Assembly (NCBI GenBank): GCA_038087875.1
Contig: CM075994.1
Coordinates: 9,550,001 to 9,614,000, forward strand
Origin: Malacoraja senta
Lineage: Eukaryota
Length of the DNA stretch: 64,000 bases
Direction of reading: 5' to 3'
Made by a program: the position numbers and the translations under genes. Shown here piece after piece: positions 38,745 to 51,087 of the stretch (its first letter is position 1; each line of letters begins with the position of its first letter). Under the pieces are notes generated by a model. That model worked only from the letters and a program-made list of their open reading frames with translations, was not told where the DNA came from and ran no database searches.

Positions 38745-39025
38745 AGGAGGCAGAGACCCGGCTTCGATCCCGACTACGGGCGCTGTCTGTACGGAGTTTG
38801 CGCGTTCTACCCGTGACCCGCGTGGGTTTTCTCCGGGAGCTCCGGTTTCCACCTGCACTCCTTAAACGCACTGGGTTTGTAGACTAATTGGCTTCGGTAA
38901 AAGTTGTAAATCCCACACACCCTAGTGTGTGTAGGATAATGTTAAGTATGCGGGAATCGCTGGTCAGTGCAGACTCGGTGGGCCGAAGGGCCTGTTTCCA
39001 TGCTGTATCTCTAATCTAAACTAAC
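38745..39025 (+). mobile_element. HE1-like V-SINE
   Basis: V-domain plus CR1-like 3' end (gggccgaagggcctgtttcc...gtatctcta). Other copies at ~12632-12830, 40080-40300, 41190-41475, 48655-48830(-) and 63635-63915. Confidence 0.8.
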
Positions 39026-42000
39026 TTAAGCTTCCTATCTGAAGATACGTGATCTCCTGGTTGCTCAGCACTTTAACTCCCCCTCCCATTCCCACACTGA
39101 CCTTTGTCTGGGCCTCCTCCACTGTCAGAGTGAGGCCAAACATAAATTGGAGGAACAGCACCTGATATTTCGCTTGGGCAGCTTACACCCCAGCGGTATA
39201 AGTGTTGATCTCGCTATGTTTAAGTAACCCATGCATCCACCAGCTTTTGTGTTTATCTTCGGTTTAAACCAGCATCCCAGGATGAGTGGGTTACATATGA
39301 TGAGCGTTTGACGGCACTGGGCCTGTACTCGCTGGAGTTTAGAATGATGAGGGGGGGGGGGGGGGACCTCATTGAAACTTGCCAAAAAGTGAAAGGCCTG
39401 GATAGCGTGGATGTGGAGAGGAATTTCCTTCAGTCCCAGAGGGTGGTGAATCTGTGGAATTCTTTGCCACAGACAGGCTGAGGAGGCCAAGTCAGTGGAT
39501 ATGTTGAAGGCAGAGACAGATTCTCGATTCATACGGGTGTCAGGGGTTATGGAGAGAAGGCAGGAGAATGGGGGTTGAGAGGAGAGATAGCTCAGCCAGG
39601 ATTGAATGGCGGAGTAGACTTGATGGGCCAAATGGCCTAATTCTGCTCTTATCACTTTATGATCTGCAGTAGCTCCCTAAACTTCCTCTCCAGCGGCCAT
39701 GTAACACTTCCTGCACACGACATGCGGTTTTGTTCCTCAATCTGCTTCTGACATCTGTACCAAGCGTTCAACGCCCAAACCTGGCGACTCTCTGCCTGCT
39801 GTTACCAGAAGTGGATTTGCAATCATGCATTCCGATCACTTCACCCTTTAAAACCATTAATCCATCAGCAGCATTTCTGACTTCATCTTGCACTGAATGT
39901 CATCAGGAAATAGGAGTAGAATTAGGCCATTCGGCCCATCCAGTCCACCCCGCCATTCAATCATGGCTGATCGATCTCTCCCTCCTCCCCCATTCTCCCG
40001 CCTTCTCCCCATAACCTCCGACACCCGCACTCATCAAGAATCTATCTCCCTCTGCCTTAAAAACGTTACTCCCCTTAACGGCACGGTGATGCCGCGCCAG
40101 AGCTTGCTGACAGACAGCACCAGAGGCCCGGGTTCGATCCTGACCGCGGGCGCTGTCTGTACGGAGTTTGCACGTTTCTCCCCGTGAGTTTTCTCCGGGA
40201 GCTCGGTTCCTCCTACACTCGAATGACGTACGGGTTTGTAGGTTATTTGGCTTGGATTAATTGGAAATTGTCCCTTGTGTGCGTAGGATAGTGTTGGTGG
40301 GTGCATTCAGAAACAAAACTCTGACATAGGCCACCAAAGCATATTACATAAGTCAATTCAGTAACATGCATCTCTGCATTCAGTTTGAGTTGGTTTGGCG
40401 AACTCTAAAGCAATGAAAAAAAGACACAAAAAATGCTGGAGTACCTCAGCAGGTCAGGCGGCATCTCTGGAGAACATGTATAGGGGACGTTTCGGGTCGG
40501 GACCTTTCCTCCGTTCTTTCTGGCGGAGTTAAGCACTTTCTAGGGACGTGAAGGGCAGGACTGGCCAAGTTTTGGTGTGTGGGATTGTTACAATAGACAA
40601 CAGGTGCAGGAGGAGGCCATTCGGCCCTTCGAGCCAGCATTCCCTGTTATCATAGCTGATCACCCCCAATCAGTACCCCGTTCCTGCCTTCTCCCCATAT
40701 CCCCTGACTCCGCTATCTTTAAGAGCCCTATCTAGTTCTCTCTTGAAAGTATCCGGAGAACCGGCCTCCACCACCCTCTGAGGCAGAGAATTCCACAGAC
40801 TCACCACTCTCTGTGAGAAAAAGTGTTTCCTCGTCTCCTTTCTAAATGGCTTACCCCTTATTCTTAAACTGTGGCCCTGGTTCTGGACTCCCTGCCTCTA
40901 GCGTGTCCAAACCCTTAATAATCTTATATGTTTCAATAAGATACCCTTTCATCCTTCTAAATTCAGGTTCCAGTTTACAGCACGTAAATCCAATTAAGAG
41001 TCCGATTCCAATTTGAGGTCTGAAGACACACAACGTCACCCATTACAGAGATGCTGCCTGCCCCGCTGAGTTACGCCAGCATTTTGTGCCTATAATCCAA
41101 TTAAGATGGCGGGGCAACTACAACCTTTCCAACCAATACTACTTTCTTAGGCAAGGGTGTTATGAGTTAGCATAACATGACAGTGAGGCCCGGCGGCGCT
41201 CGGTAGAGTCACTGCCGTTCGGCGCCGGAGACCTGGGTTCGATCCCGACTACGGGCGCTGTCTGTGCGGAGTTTGTACATTCTCCCCGTGACCGTGTGAT
41301 CGTTCTCCGGGTGCTCCGGTTTCCTCCCACACTCCAAAAGACGGACAGGCTGGTGGTATAATTGGCTTCGGTAAAATTTGTAAACTGTCCCTAGTGTGTA
41401 GGATAGTGCTATAGTGTACGGGGTGATCGCTGGTCGGTATGGACTCAGCTGTTTCCACGCTGCATCTCTAAAGTAAATTAAACAATTTCTCCAGAGATTG
41501 AAGAAGCATTCAGACAGATACATGGATAGGGTAGATTTGGAGGGATTGTTAGCCACAAGCAGGCAGGTGGGATTAGTGTAGATGCAGGCATGATATTCAC
41601 CTCCAGAAAAAAAGTAGGAAGTAATGGCCGGGAGTCCAGGAGGCCGGTTAGGTCCCTCCCCAGTGGGGGTTCAGGGGGCTCCTGCATTTTTAATAAATTG
41701 AAAGTGATTCGCAAGCTTTCTACTGGTAGTTTACATAACAGAAGCTTAGACTTTTTCCTAACACATAACCAGTAAAATAACCCCCAAAAGATAAATATTT
41801 CATAAAATAAATGACTTCATACAGCTAAAAAAAATCTTTACAAAAAATGCTACCTGAAATGTCCCTTTGCCTACCTAGCACTGTGTGCAAACAGCACAGA
41901 AACACTGATGTTGGCTGCAGCCATCTTCTGCTTCAGTAAAGGAAGCTGGTCGGCGATTGGCCGCAACGCCCCTCGGAGAGTGGTCGCCGAGTGACCGGCG

Positions 42001-42851
42001 CATTATGTGATTGGACACAACGCCCTTGGCGGCAGCATCTGATTGGACGGCAGGAGACCGATTTGTTGATAGGACGGGAATTTTAAGGGAAGCTTGCCGG
42101 TGATTGGACGCAACCCCCTTGGAGACAGCGGTTGATTGGCCGCCAAATAATCGGGCACAAAAAATTGAAATATAGGAAAACAAAAATATTCCGATTCAAA
42201 TCAGAAGAATATCATGCCTGTAGATGGGATATGTTGGTCGGCGTGTGCATGTTGGGCTGAAGGGCATATTTCCACTGTATAAGATGCTGCCTGAACAGCT
42301 GAATTACTCCAGTATTTTGTGTCCGTCTTTGGTAAATACCAACATCTTTGTTTCTGCAGTACTCTGTGGACTCTTGTGTTGGCACCCAGTGAGCAGAAGA
42401 ACCTAGTGTTGAGGATGCCTTTTCACAATCATGGAGCCACAAAAAGATGGAAAATAGAGTACGGGGTTGCAGATCTAATGACACCCTCAGACGATCTCGA
42501 ATGGGATTTTATTGGACTTTATCTTGCACTAACCATTATTCACGTTATATCCTTCATCACGTATCTATACACCATGGCTGGATCGACTGTAATCACGCAT
42601 TGTCTTTCCGCTGACTGGTTAGCTCACAACAAAAGCTTTTCATTGTACCATGGTACACGTGACAATAAACTAAAGAGGCAGGAAGTCATGAAGTATGATG
42701 AGGGTACACAAAAATGCTGGAGAAACTCAGCGGGTGCAGCAGCATCTATGGAGCGAAGGAAATAGGTAGCGTTTCGGGCCGAAACCCTATGATGAGCATC
42801 TTTTGACGGCACTGGGCTTGTGCTAGCTGGAGTTCCAATGATGAGGGCGAG

Positions 42852-44817
42852 TAGAAACATAGAAACTTAGAAAATAGGTGCAGGAGTAGGCCATTCGGCC
42901 CTTCGAGCCTGCACCGCCATTCAATATGATCATGCCTGATCATCCAAACTCAGTATCCTGTACCTGCCTTCTCTCCATGCCCCCTGATCCCTTTAGCCAC
43001 AAGGGCCACATCTAACTCCCTCTTAAATATAGCCAATGAACTGGCCTCAACTACCTTCTGTGGCAGAGAATTCCACAGATTCACCACTCTCTGTGTGAAA
43101 AATGTTTTTCTCATCTCGGTCCTAAAAGACTTCCCCCTTAGCCTGAAACTGTGACCCCCTTGTCCTGGACTTCCCCAACATCGGGAAACATCTTCCTGCA
43201 TCTAGCCTGTCCAACCCCTTAAGAATTTTGAAAGTTTCTATAAGATCCCCTCTCAATCTTCTAAATTCTAGCGAGTACAAGCCGAGTCTATCCAGTCTTT
43301 CTTCATATGAAAGTCCTAACATCCCAGGAATCAGTCTGGTGAACCTTCGCTGTACTCCCTCTATGGCAAGAATGTCTTTCCTCTCATTTGGAGATCAAAA
43401 CTGTACGCAATACTCCAGGTGTGGTCTCACCAAGACCCTGTACAACTGCAGTAGAACCTCCCTGCTCCTATACTCAAATCCTTTTGCTATTAATGGTAAC
43501 ATACCATTCGCTTTCTTCACTGCCTGCTGCACCTGCATGCCTACTTTCAATGACTGGTGTACCATGACACCCAGGTCTCGTTGCACCTTCCCTTTTCCTA
43601 ATCGGCCACCATTCAGATAAGAGTCTACTTTCCTGTTTTTGCCACCAAAGTGGATAACCTCACATTTATCCACATTATACTGCATCTGCCATGCATTTGC
43701 CCACTCACCCAGCCTATCCAAGTCACCTTGCATCCTCCTAGCATCCTCCTCACAGCTAACTCTGCCCCCCAGCTTTGTGTCATCCGCAAACTTGGAGATG
43801 TTGCATTCAATTCCCTCGTCCAAATCATTAATATATATTGTAAATAGCTGGGGTCCCAGCACTGAGCCTTGAGGTACCCCACTAGTCACTGCCTGCCATT
43901 CTGAAAAGGACCCGTTTACTCCTACTCTTTGCTTCCTGTTTGCCAGCCAGTTCTCTATCCACATCAATACTGAACCCCCAATACCGTGTGCTTTAAGTTT
44001 GTATACTAATCTCTTATGTGGGACCTTGTCGAAAGCCTTCTGAAAGTCCAGATATAACAGATCCGTTGGTTCTCCCTTATCCACTCTACTAGTTACATCC
44101 TCGAAAAATTCTATAAGATTCGTCAGACGATTTACCTTTCGTAAATCCATGCTGACTTTGTCCAATGATTTCACCACTTTCCAAATGTGCTGCTATCCCA
44201 TCTTTAATAACTGACTCTAGGAGTTTCCCCACTACCGATGTTAGACTAACTGGTCTGTAATTCCCCGTTTTCTCTCTCCCTCCCTTTTTAATAAGTGGGG
44301 TTACATTAGCTACCCTCCAATCCTAAGGAACTACTCCAGAATCTAAGGAGTTTTGAAAAATTATCACTAATGCATCCACTATTTCTGGGGCTACTTCCTT
44401 AAGTACTCTGGGATGCAGCCTATCTGGCCCTGGGGATTTATCGGCCTTTAATCCATTCAATTTACCTAACACCACTTCCCGGCTAACCTGGATTTCACTC
44501 AGTTCCTCCATCTCATTTGACCCCCGGTCCCCTGCTATTTCCGGCAGATTATTTATGTCTTCCTTAGTGAAGACAGAACCAAAGTAGTTATTCAATTGGT
44601 CTGCCAAGTCCTTGTTCCCCATGATTAATTCACCTGTTTCTGACTGCAAGGGACCTACATTTGTTTTAACTAATCTTTTTCTCTTCACATATCTATAAAA
44701 ACTTTTGCAGTCAGTTTTTATGTTCCCTGCCAGTTTTCTTTCATAATCTATTTTCCCTTTCCTAATTAAGCCTTTTGTCCTCCTCTGCTGGGCTCTGAAT
44801 TTCTCCCAGCCCTCTGG
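42852..44817 (-). mobile_element. 5'-truncated CR1 LINE (ORF2 RT), nested in an older CR1-like fragment
   Basis: ORFs 44323..44994, 43395..44177, 43122..43322 and 42950..43201 carry KSPGPD, YLDFQKAFDKVPH, GVPQGSVLGP, KFADDTK and RPHLEYCVQF; (agaaacat)n tail at ~42852-42875. Confidence 0.95.
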
Positions 44818-46423
44818 TACACACCTCATTGACACTTTTGGAATAATGAATGGAGTGGATGTGGAGAGGAAGTTTCCGCTAGGGGGAGAGTCTCGGCCTA
44901 GAGGGCACAGTCTCAGAATAAAAGGAGGTACCTTTAACCTACAGGGGGCGCCGTCGAGTATGGCTGCCCTGCCAGCAGCTGTTAGTCTTTTCACCTTTTT
45001 TTATTTCCAGTTAGTTAAAAGTGTTTGTTTTGGAGGTCTTTTAGTCTTTTTATGTGGGGGGGGGGAAGGGGGAAACTATTTTTCTCAGTACCTACGTGGT
45101 CGGAGATGCGGCTTTTCTCAGAGCCGTGTTTTCGCCCTTTCCTCACGTCCTACCGGCAGTCTGGAGCGGCGTTTCCTGCCGGGACCGGCCAGGACTTCAG
45201 CTTCAGCGGCGGCACAGCGCTGAGGCACCATCATGGAGTGGGCGATGCCTTACCCGGGTCGCCGTGCAGTAAGCTCCGGAGTGCTGTGACCGCCGGCTCC
45301 AACATCGCGGTCTGTGGTCAGCGGTCTGTGGAGCTTCCAGCCGCGGGCAACGCTGAGCTTTAAACACCGCGGAGCCTGGGATCTCACGACGAGGTCGCCA
45401 GAGTCGGAGCATCGACCAGCGTGGCTCATGGACTTCGGGAGCCGCGGTCTCCTGGGAGGAAGCGGCCGCTCCAGACACTCCGGGCCGCTGAGAGTGTTCA
45501 CCCGACGCCAGAACTACATCAACCGGCGAGAGGGCCTGAAGCATCGGGCTGCCGTATCGGCGACTGCAGAGGCTTCAATAGGCTTCGACTATGGGTGAAC
45601 TGGGGATGGGACTGGACTTTTGCGGCCTTCCCCCACAGTTGTGGGGGGGTGTTTTTATGTTTACTATTAAATTCTTGGATGTTGTGCCTTATCTTTATCT
45701 GTGTGCTGCCATGGCAAGTCAAATTTCACTACACCAATTGGTGTATGTGATAATAAATGTCCTTTCTCCTTAAAAAGGAGACGGAGGAGGAATTTCTTTA
45801 CCGTACCTCAGCAGACGTAACAATACACTAAACGTGCGCAAAAGTATAAAATGCCCACTTGTTTCACTTTTTCACACAGAGAGTTGTGAGTCTGTGCAAT
45901 TCTCTGCCTCAGATGGCGGTGGAGGCCGGTTGTCTGGATACTTTCAAGAGAGAGCTAGATAGGGCTCTTAAAGATAGCGGAGTCAGGGGATATGGGGAGA
46001 AGGCAGGAACGGGGTACTGATAGGGGATGATCAGCCATGATCAAATTGAATGGCGGTGCTGGCTCGAATGGCCGAATGGCCTCCTCCTACACCTATTGTC
46101 TATTGTGTTCGGGTTCAGCACGCAATCTCTCAAAAACATACCCAAGTATTAGAATGCAGTCACGTTTATCGCTACTCATTTGGAAGTCAGAATGTAGTCT
46201 GGACAAAACAAAGGCATTCGCAAGATGGTGGCGAGGGATATTTATAAAAGAAACACTATTCAAATTTATTACCGAAACTCAACAATGGAATCGTGCAAGG
46301 CAATGTGGGTTATGGAATCAAGTGACAGTATGGGGTTTGTCCGGGTGCTCCAGTTTCTTTGCACAATCCAAAGACACACAATGGTCAAATTGTAAAAAAA
46401 TGTACATTGTTTTGCCGAGGTTA

Positions 46424-47480
46424 GTAATAATAATAATAATATCTTTTATTGTCATTGCACATAGGTGCAACGAGATTTGGTATGCAGCTTCCATCCGATG
46501 TCATAACTTAATCAACTAAAAATTTAGATACCCAGAGAAACATGATTTATAAAAAAATTATATAGTAAAACAGTTAAAACAGTATAAAGTGCAAATGTGT
46601 CTGTGCCGGGTCGATGTGTGACGTGACCATCCGAGGGAGACAGTTCCTGGGGGGGGGCGGGGCACGGCACGCAGCGGGTCCGGTTCATAGCAGCTATAGC
46701 TCTGGGGATGAAGCTGTTCCTAAGTCTGGAGGTGCGGGCGTAGAAGGCCTTGTAACGTCTGCCGGAAGGTAGAAGTTCGAACAGACTATTGCAAGGGTGT
46801 GAGGAGTCTTTGTGAATGCTGACGGCCTTCCTGAGGCACCTTGTGTGCTAGATGCCCTCCAAGGCTGGTAGCTCTGTCCCAATGATCCTCTGCGCTCTGT
46901 GGACGACGCGCTGAAGAGCTCTCCTCTCCGCCTCCGTGCAGCTGAGATACCACACAGAGATGTCATATGTTAGGATGCTCTCTGTGGTGCAGCGGTAGAA
47001 GGTTGTCAGCAGCTGTTGGGGCAGACCAGCCTTTTTCAGTGTTCTCAGGAAGAACAGTCGTTGCTGTGCCTTCTTGACCAGCGCAGCAGTGCTGGTGGAC
47101 CATGTGAGGTCCTCTGAGATGTGTGTGCCCAGAAACTTAAAGCTGGACACTCTCTCCACACTGTCCCCGTTGATAAAGATAGGAGCGTATTCCCCATTAT
47201 GTGTCCTTCTGAAGTTGATAACAGCTCCTTGGTCTTAGAGGTGTTTACGGACAGGTTGTTATCTGAGCACCAGTCTGCCAGGTTCTGCACCTCCGCTCTG
47301 TAGTGTGTTTCATCACCTTTGGTGATCAGCCCGATCACCGTTGTGTCGTCTGCAAACTTGACAATGGTGTTGGTGTCGAATGCAGGAACACAGTCGTGTG
47401 TGAAGAGGAAGTAGAGCATGGGGCTCAGTACACAGCCCTGTGGTGTGCTGGTGCTCAGGGTGATAGTGGAGGACAGGTGC
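46424..47480 (-). mobile_element. Rex1/Babar-type LINE 3' fragment
   Basis: IVKFADDTTVIGLI, MERVSSFKFLGTHISEDLTW, FYRCTTESILTY; simple-repeat tail at ~46424-46442. Confidence 0.85.
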
Positions 47481-47935
47481 GGGCCTGATGCAAATTACTG
47501 GTGCAAATTCTTTGCCTTTCATGTAAACTTCAGTTCTCTCTTTTAATTACATTTCCTGTTTTGTTGAGGGAAGGTCTACTTTTAGACCAAAATATATCTG
47601 TAGTGGGGTAATGTGGAAGACGGTGTTCCTCTCAACAACAAGCAACAGTGGGGAGTATCTGCAGCATAAAGGAACTGCAGATATTGGATTATACCAAAGA
47701 TAGACACAGAGTGCTGGAGTAACTCAGCAGGTCAGGCAGTGTCTTTGGTGGAAAAGGACAGGCAATGTTTCGGATCGGGAAGGTTTAGTTTAGAGATACA
47801 GCGCGGAAACAGGCTCTTCGGCCCACCGAGTCCGCGCCAGCCAGCAATCCCCACACATTAACACCACCCTACACGCACTGGGGACAATTTAGACATACCA
47901 ATAAACAATAGACAATAGACAATAGACAATAGACA

Positions 47936-48420
47936 TGTCAAGTCAAGTCACATTTATTTATATAGCACATTTAAAAAACAACTCTCATTGGCCAAAGTGC
48001 TTTACATTTGTTATAAGAATAGCACAAACAAAACAAACTACATACATATATACATGTAGCCCTCACTTAGAGGACGTCAGGAAAGGCTTGGGAGTATAGA
48101 TAAGTCTTTAATCTTGACTTAAAAGAGTCGATGGAGGGGGCAGTTCTGATGGGAAAGGGGATGCTGTTCTACAAAGGCGCGGTCGCCCCTGAGCTTATGC
48201 CTAGACCGTGGGATATTCAGCAACCCCAAGTCAGCCGATCTGAGGGGCCTGGAGGTGGAGTGGTGGGTGAGAAGACTTTTTATGTAGGTGGGGGCAAACC
48301 CATTGAGGGCTTTGTAGACATGGAGGAGGAACTTGAAGTTTATACGGAAACCACACAGGGAGCCAGTGGAGAGAGGCCAGGATCGGGGTGATGTGGTCCC
48401 TTTTTCGGGTGCCCGTCAGT
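47936..48420 (-). mobile_element. L2 LINE 3' fragment
   Basis: RKRDHITPILASLHWLPV on the minus strand; tail gtcaagtcaagtca. Confidence 0.75.
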
Positions 48421-49336
48421 AGACAAGACAATACACAATGCCACGAGAAGGCCATTCGAGCCAGCACCGCCATTCAATGTGATCATGGCTGATCATCCCC
48501 AATCAGTACCCCGTTCCCGTCTTCTCTCCATTTCCCCAGACTCCGCTAACTTTAAAGCCCTATCTAGCTCTCTCTTGAAAGTATCCAGAGAACCGGCCTC
48601 CACCGCCCTCTGAGGCAGAGAACTCCAAAGACTCACAACTCTCCATTCTAAAAGCCAATTAACCTACAAACCTGCACGTCTTTGGAGTGTGGGAGGAAAC
48701 CGAGGATCTCGGAGAAAACCCATGCGGTCATGGGGAGAAGGTACAAACTCCACACAGACAGCACCAGTGGTTGGGATTGAACCCGGGTCTCCGGCGCTGC
48801 AAGGCAGCAACTCTAGCACTGCGCCACCCTGACGCGATTTGGCTTAGTTAATGCAAAACGTGGATGATTGGGTTGCTTGGGTGGGGACCAAAAGATGCCA
48901 GAGTCTATGAAAGGCCGTGAAGCAGCAAGCAACAACAATAGATTCTACAAGGCCTTTTCTGAACTCTCCATTGAGTGGCCATTGGTTTATTGCTGGCGTA
49001 TTTATTGATTATGGTTTGATTGAACGTGGAGAGGATATTTCCACAAGTGGGAGAGTCTCGGACAAGAGGTCATAACCTCAGAATTAATAGACAATAAGTG
49101 CAGGGGTAGGCCATTCGGCCATTCGAGCGTGCACTGCCATTGTGATCATTTCGTGAGACTGGTGACTAAAATTAGAGCACATGGTACTGGGGGTAGGGTG
49201 TTGACATGGATAGAATATTGGTTGGCAGACAGGAAGCAAAGAGTAGGAGTGAACGGGTCCTTTTCAGAATGGCAGGCATTGACGAGTGGAGTGCCGCAAG
49301 GCTCGGTGTTGGGGCCGCAAATGTTTACCATATATA

Positions 49337-51004
49337 CTAGCCTAAGTGAGACCCGTTGGGTCCCAACATCACACAGGAGGGCTAGTCCCCCAATGCAATA
49401 TTCCACCTCTCAACTAATTCCAATATTGGTGGCCAGTGGGGGGGGGGGCTTTCTGGAGTGCTAGTATGGGTGTTGTAGGCTGAAGGGACTGGTTTCCAGA
49501 GAGCTAGTATGGACATTGTGGGCCAAATGGATTCTTGGGCTGGCACCTCAGTCACTCAAGCCTGTTGTGCTGGCAGCTCACTCACTCACAGCTGGTGGGC
49601 TGGCAGTTGAGTCACGGCTTTTCCTTGAAATTCCATTTCAAGCAGGGTGCAAGGTCACCAAAATCAAATGCAGTTTCCTACCATTTCAAGCAGGGTGGAA
49701 GGCCACCAAATTCAAGTGCAGTTTCATACCATTTCAAGCAGGGTGCAAGGCCACAAAATTCAAGTGCAGTTTCATACCATTTCAAGCAGGGTGCAAGGCC
49801 ACAAAATTCAAGTGCAGTTTCATACCATTTCAAGCAGGGTGCAAGGCCACCAAATTCAAGTGCAGATTCATGCTATTTCAAGCAGGGTGCGAGGCCACCA
49901 AATTCAAGTGGCGTTTCATGCCATTTCAAGCAGGGTGCAAGGCCACCGAATTCGTGCAGTTTCATACCATTTCAAGCAGGGTGCAAGGCCACCGAATTCG
50001 TGCAGTTTCATACCATTTCAAGCAGGGTGGAAGACCACCGAATTCGTGCAGTTTCATACCATTTCAAGCAGGGTGCAAGGACACCAAATTCAAGTGCAGT
50101 TTCATGCCATTTCAAGCAGGGTGCAAGGCCACCAAATTCAAGTGCAGTTTCATGCCATTTCAAGCAGGGTGCAAGGCCACCGAATTCAAGTGTAGTTTCA
50201 TGCCATTTCAAGCAAGGTGCAAGGCCACCAAATTCAAGTGCAGTTTCATACCACTTCAAGCAGGGTGCAGGGCCACCAAATTCAAATGCAGTTTCATACC
50301 ACTTCAAGCAGGGTGCAGGGCCACCAAATTCAAATGCAGTTTCATACCATTTCAAGGAGGGTGCAAGGCCACCAAATGCAAGCGCAGTTTCATACCAGTT
50401 CATGCAGGGTGCAACGCCACCAAATTCAAGTGCAGTTTCCTGCCACTTCAAGCAGGGTGCAGGGCCACCAAACTCAAGTGCAGTTTCCTGCCACTTCAAG
50501 CAGGGTGCAGGACCACCAAATTCAAGTGCAGTTTCATGCCATTTCAAGCAGGGAGCAGGGCCACCAAATTCAAGTGCAGTTTCATACCACTTCAAGCAGG
50601 GTGCAGGGCCACCAAATTCAAGTGCAGTATCATGCCACTTCAAGCAGTGTGCAAGGCCACCAAATTCCACCCTCTCCCCCTTCTCTCTCACAGTCTCTCA
50701 CTTGTTTTCGGCAGAATTTCTCGCAGTTTCTGAGCTGCCAGCCTGCAAGGCTTGAGTTACTGAGCTGCCAGGCCTGATTGACTGAGCTGCCAGCCCAAGA
50801 ATCTATTCGGCCCACAATATCCATTCTAGCCCTCTGGAAACCAGTCCCTTCAGCCCACAACACCCATGCTAGCACTCCAGAAAGCACCCCCCCCACCCCC
50901 CACACTGGCCGGCAATCTTGGAATTGGTGGAGAGGTGGATTATTGTGTTGGGGGACCAGCCCTCCCATGTGAAGCTGGGACCCAACGGGTCCCACTTTGT
51001 CTAG
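49337..51004. mobile_element. Inverted pair of Helitron-like 3' arms (~270-bp inverted repeats) flanking a 48-bp minisatellite
   Basis: The left arm (ctagcctaagtgagacccgttgggtccc...) is the reverse complement of the right arm (...gggacccaacgggtcccactttgtctag). The interior ~49630-50665 has ~21 copies of ccatttcaagcagggtgcaaggccaccaaattcaagtgcagtttcata, including some 46-bp variants. Confidence 0.7.
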
Positions 51005-51087
51005 TAATCTTATATGTTTCAATAAGATACCCTCTCATCCTTCTAAATTCCAGTGTATACAAGCCCAGTCACTCCATTCTTTCAACA

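Noticed and set aside
49516..50777. Overlapping ORFs of up to ~400 aa with repeated Cys/Lys/Phe or Ser/His motifs
   Set aside because: They result from a largely stop-free 48-bp minisatellite that is open in several frames and on both strands; no gene-like features.
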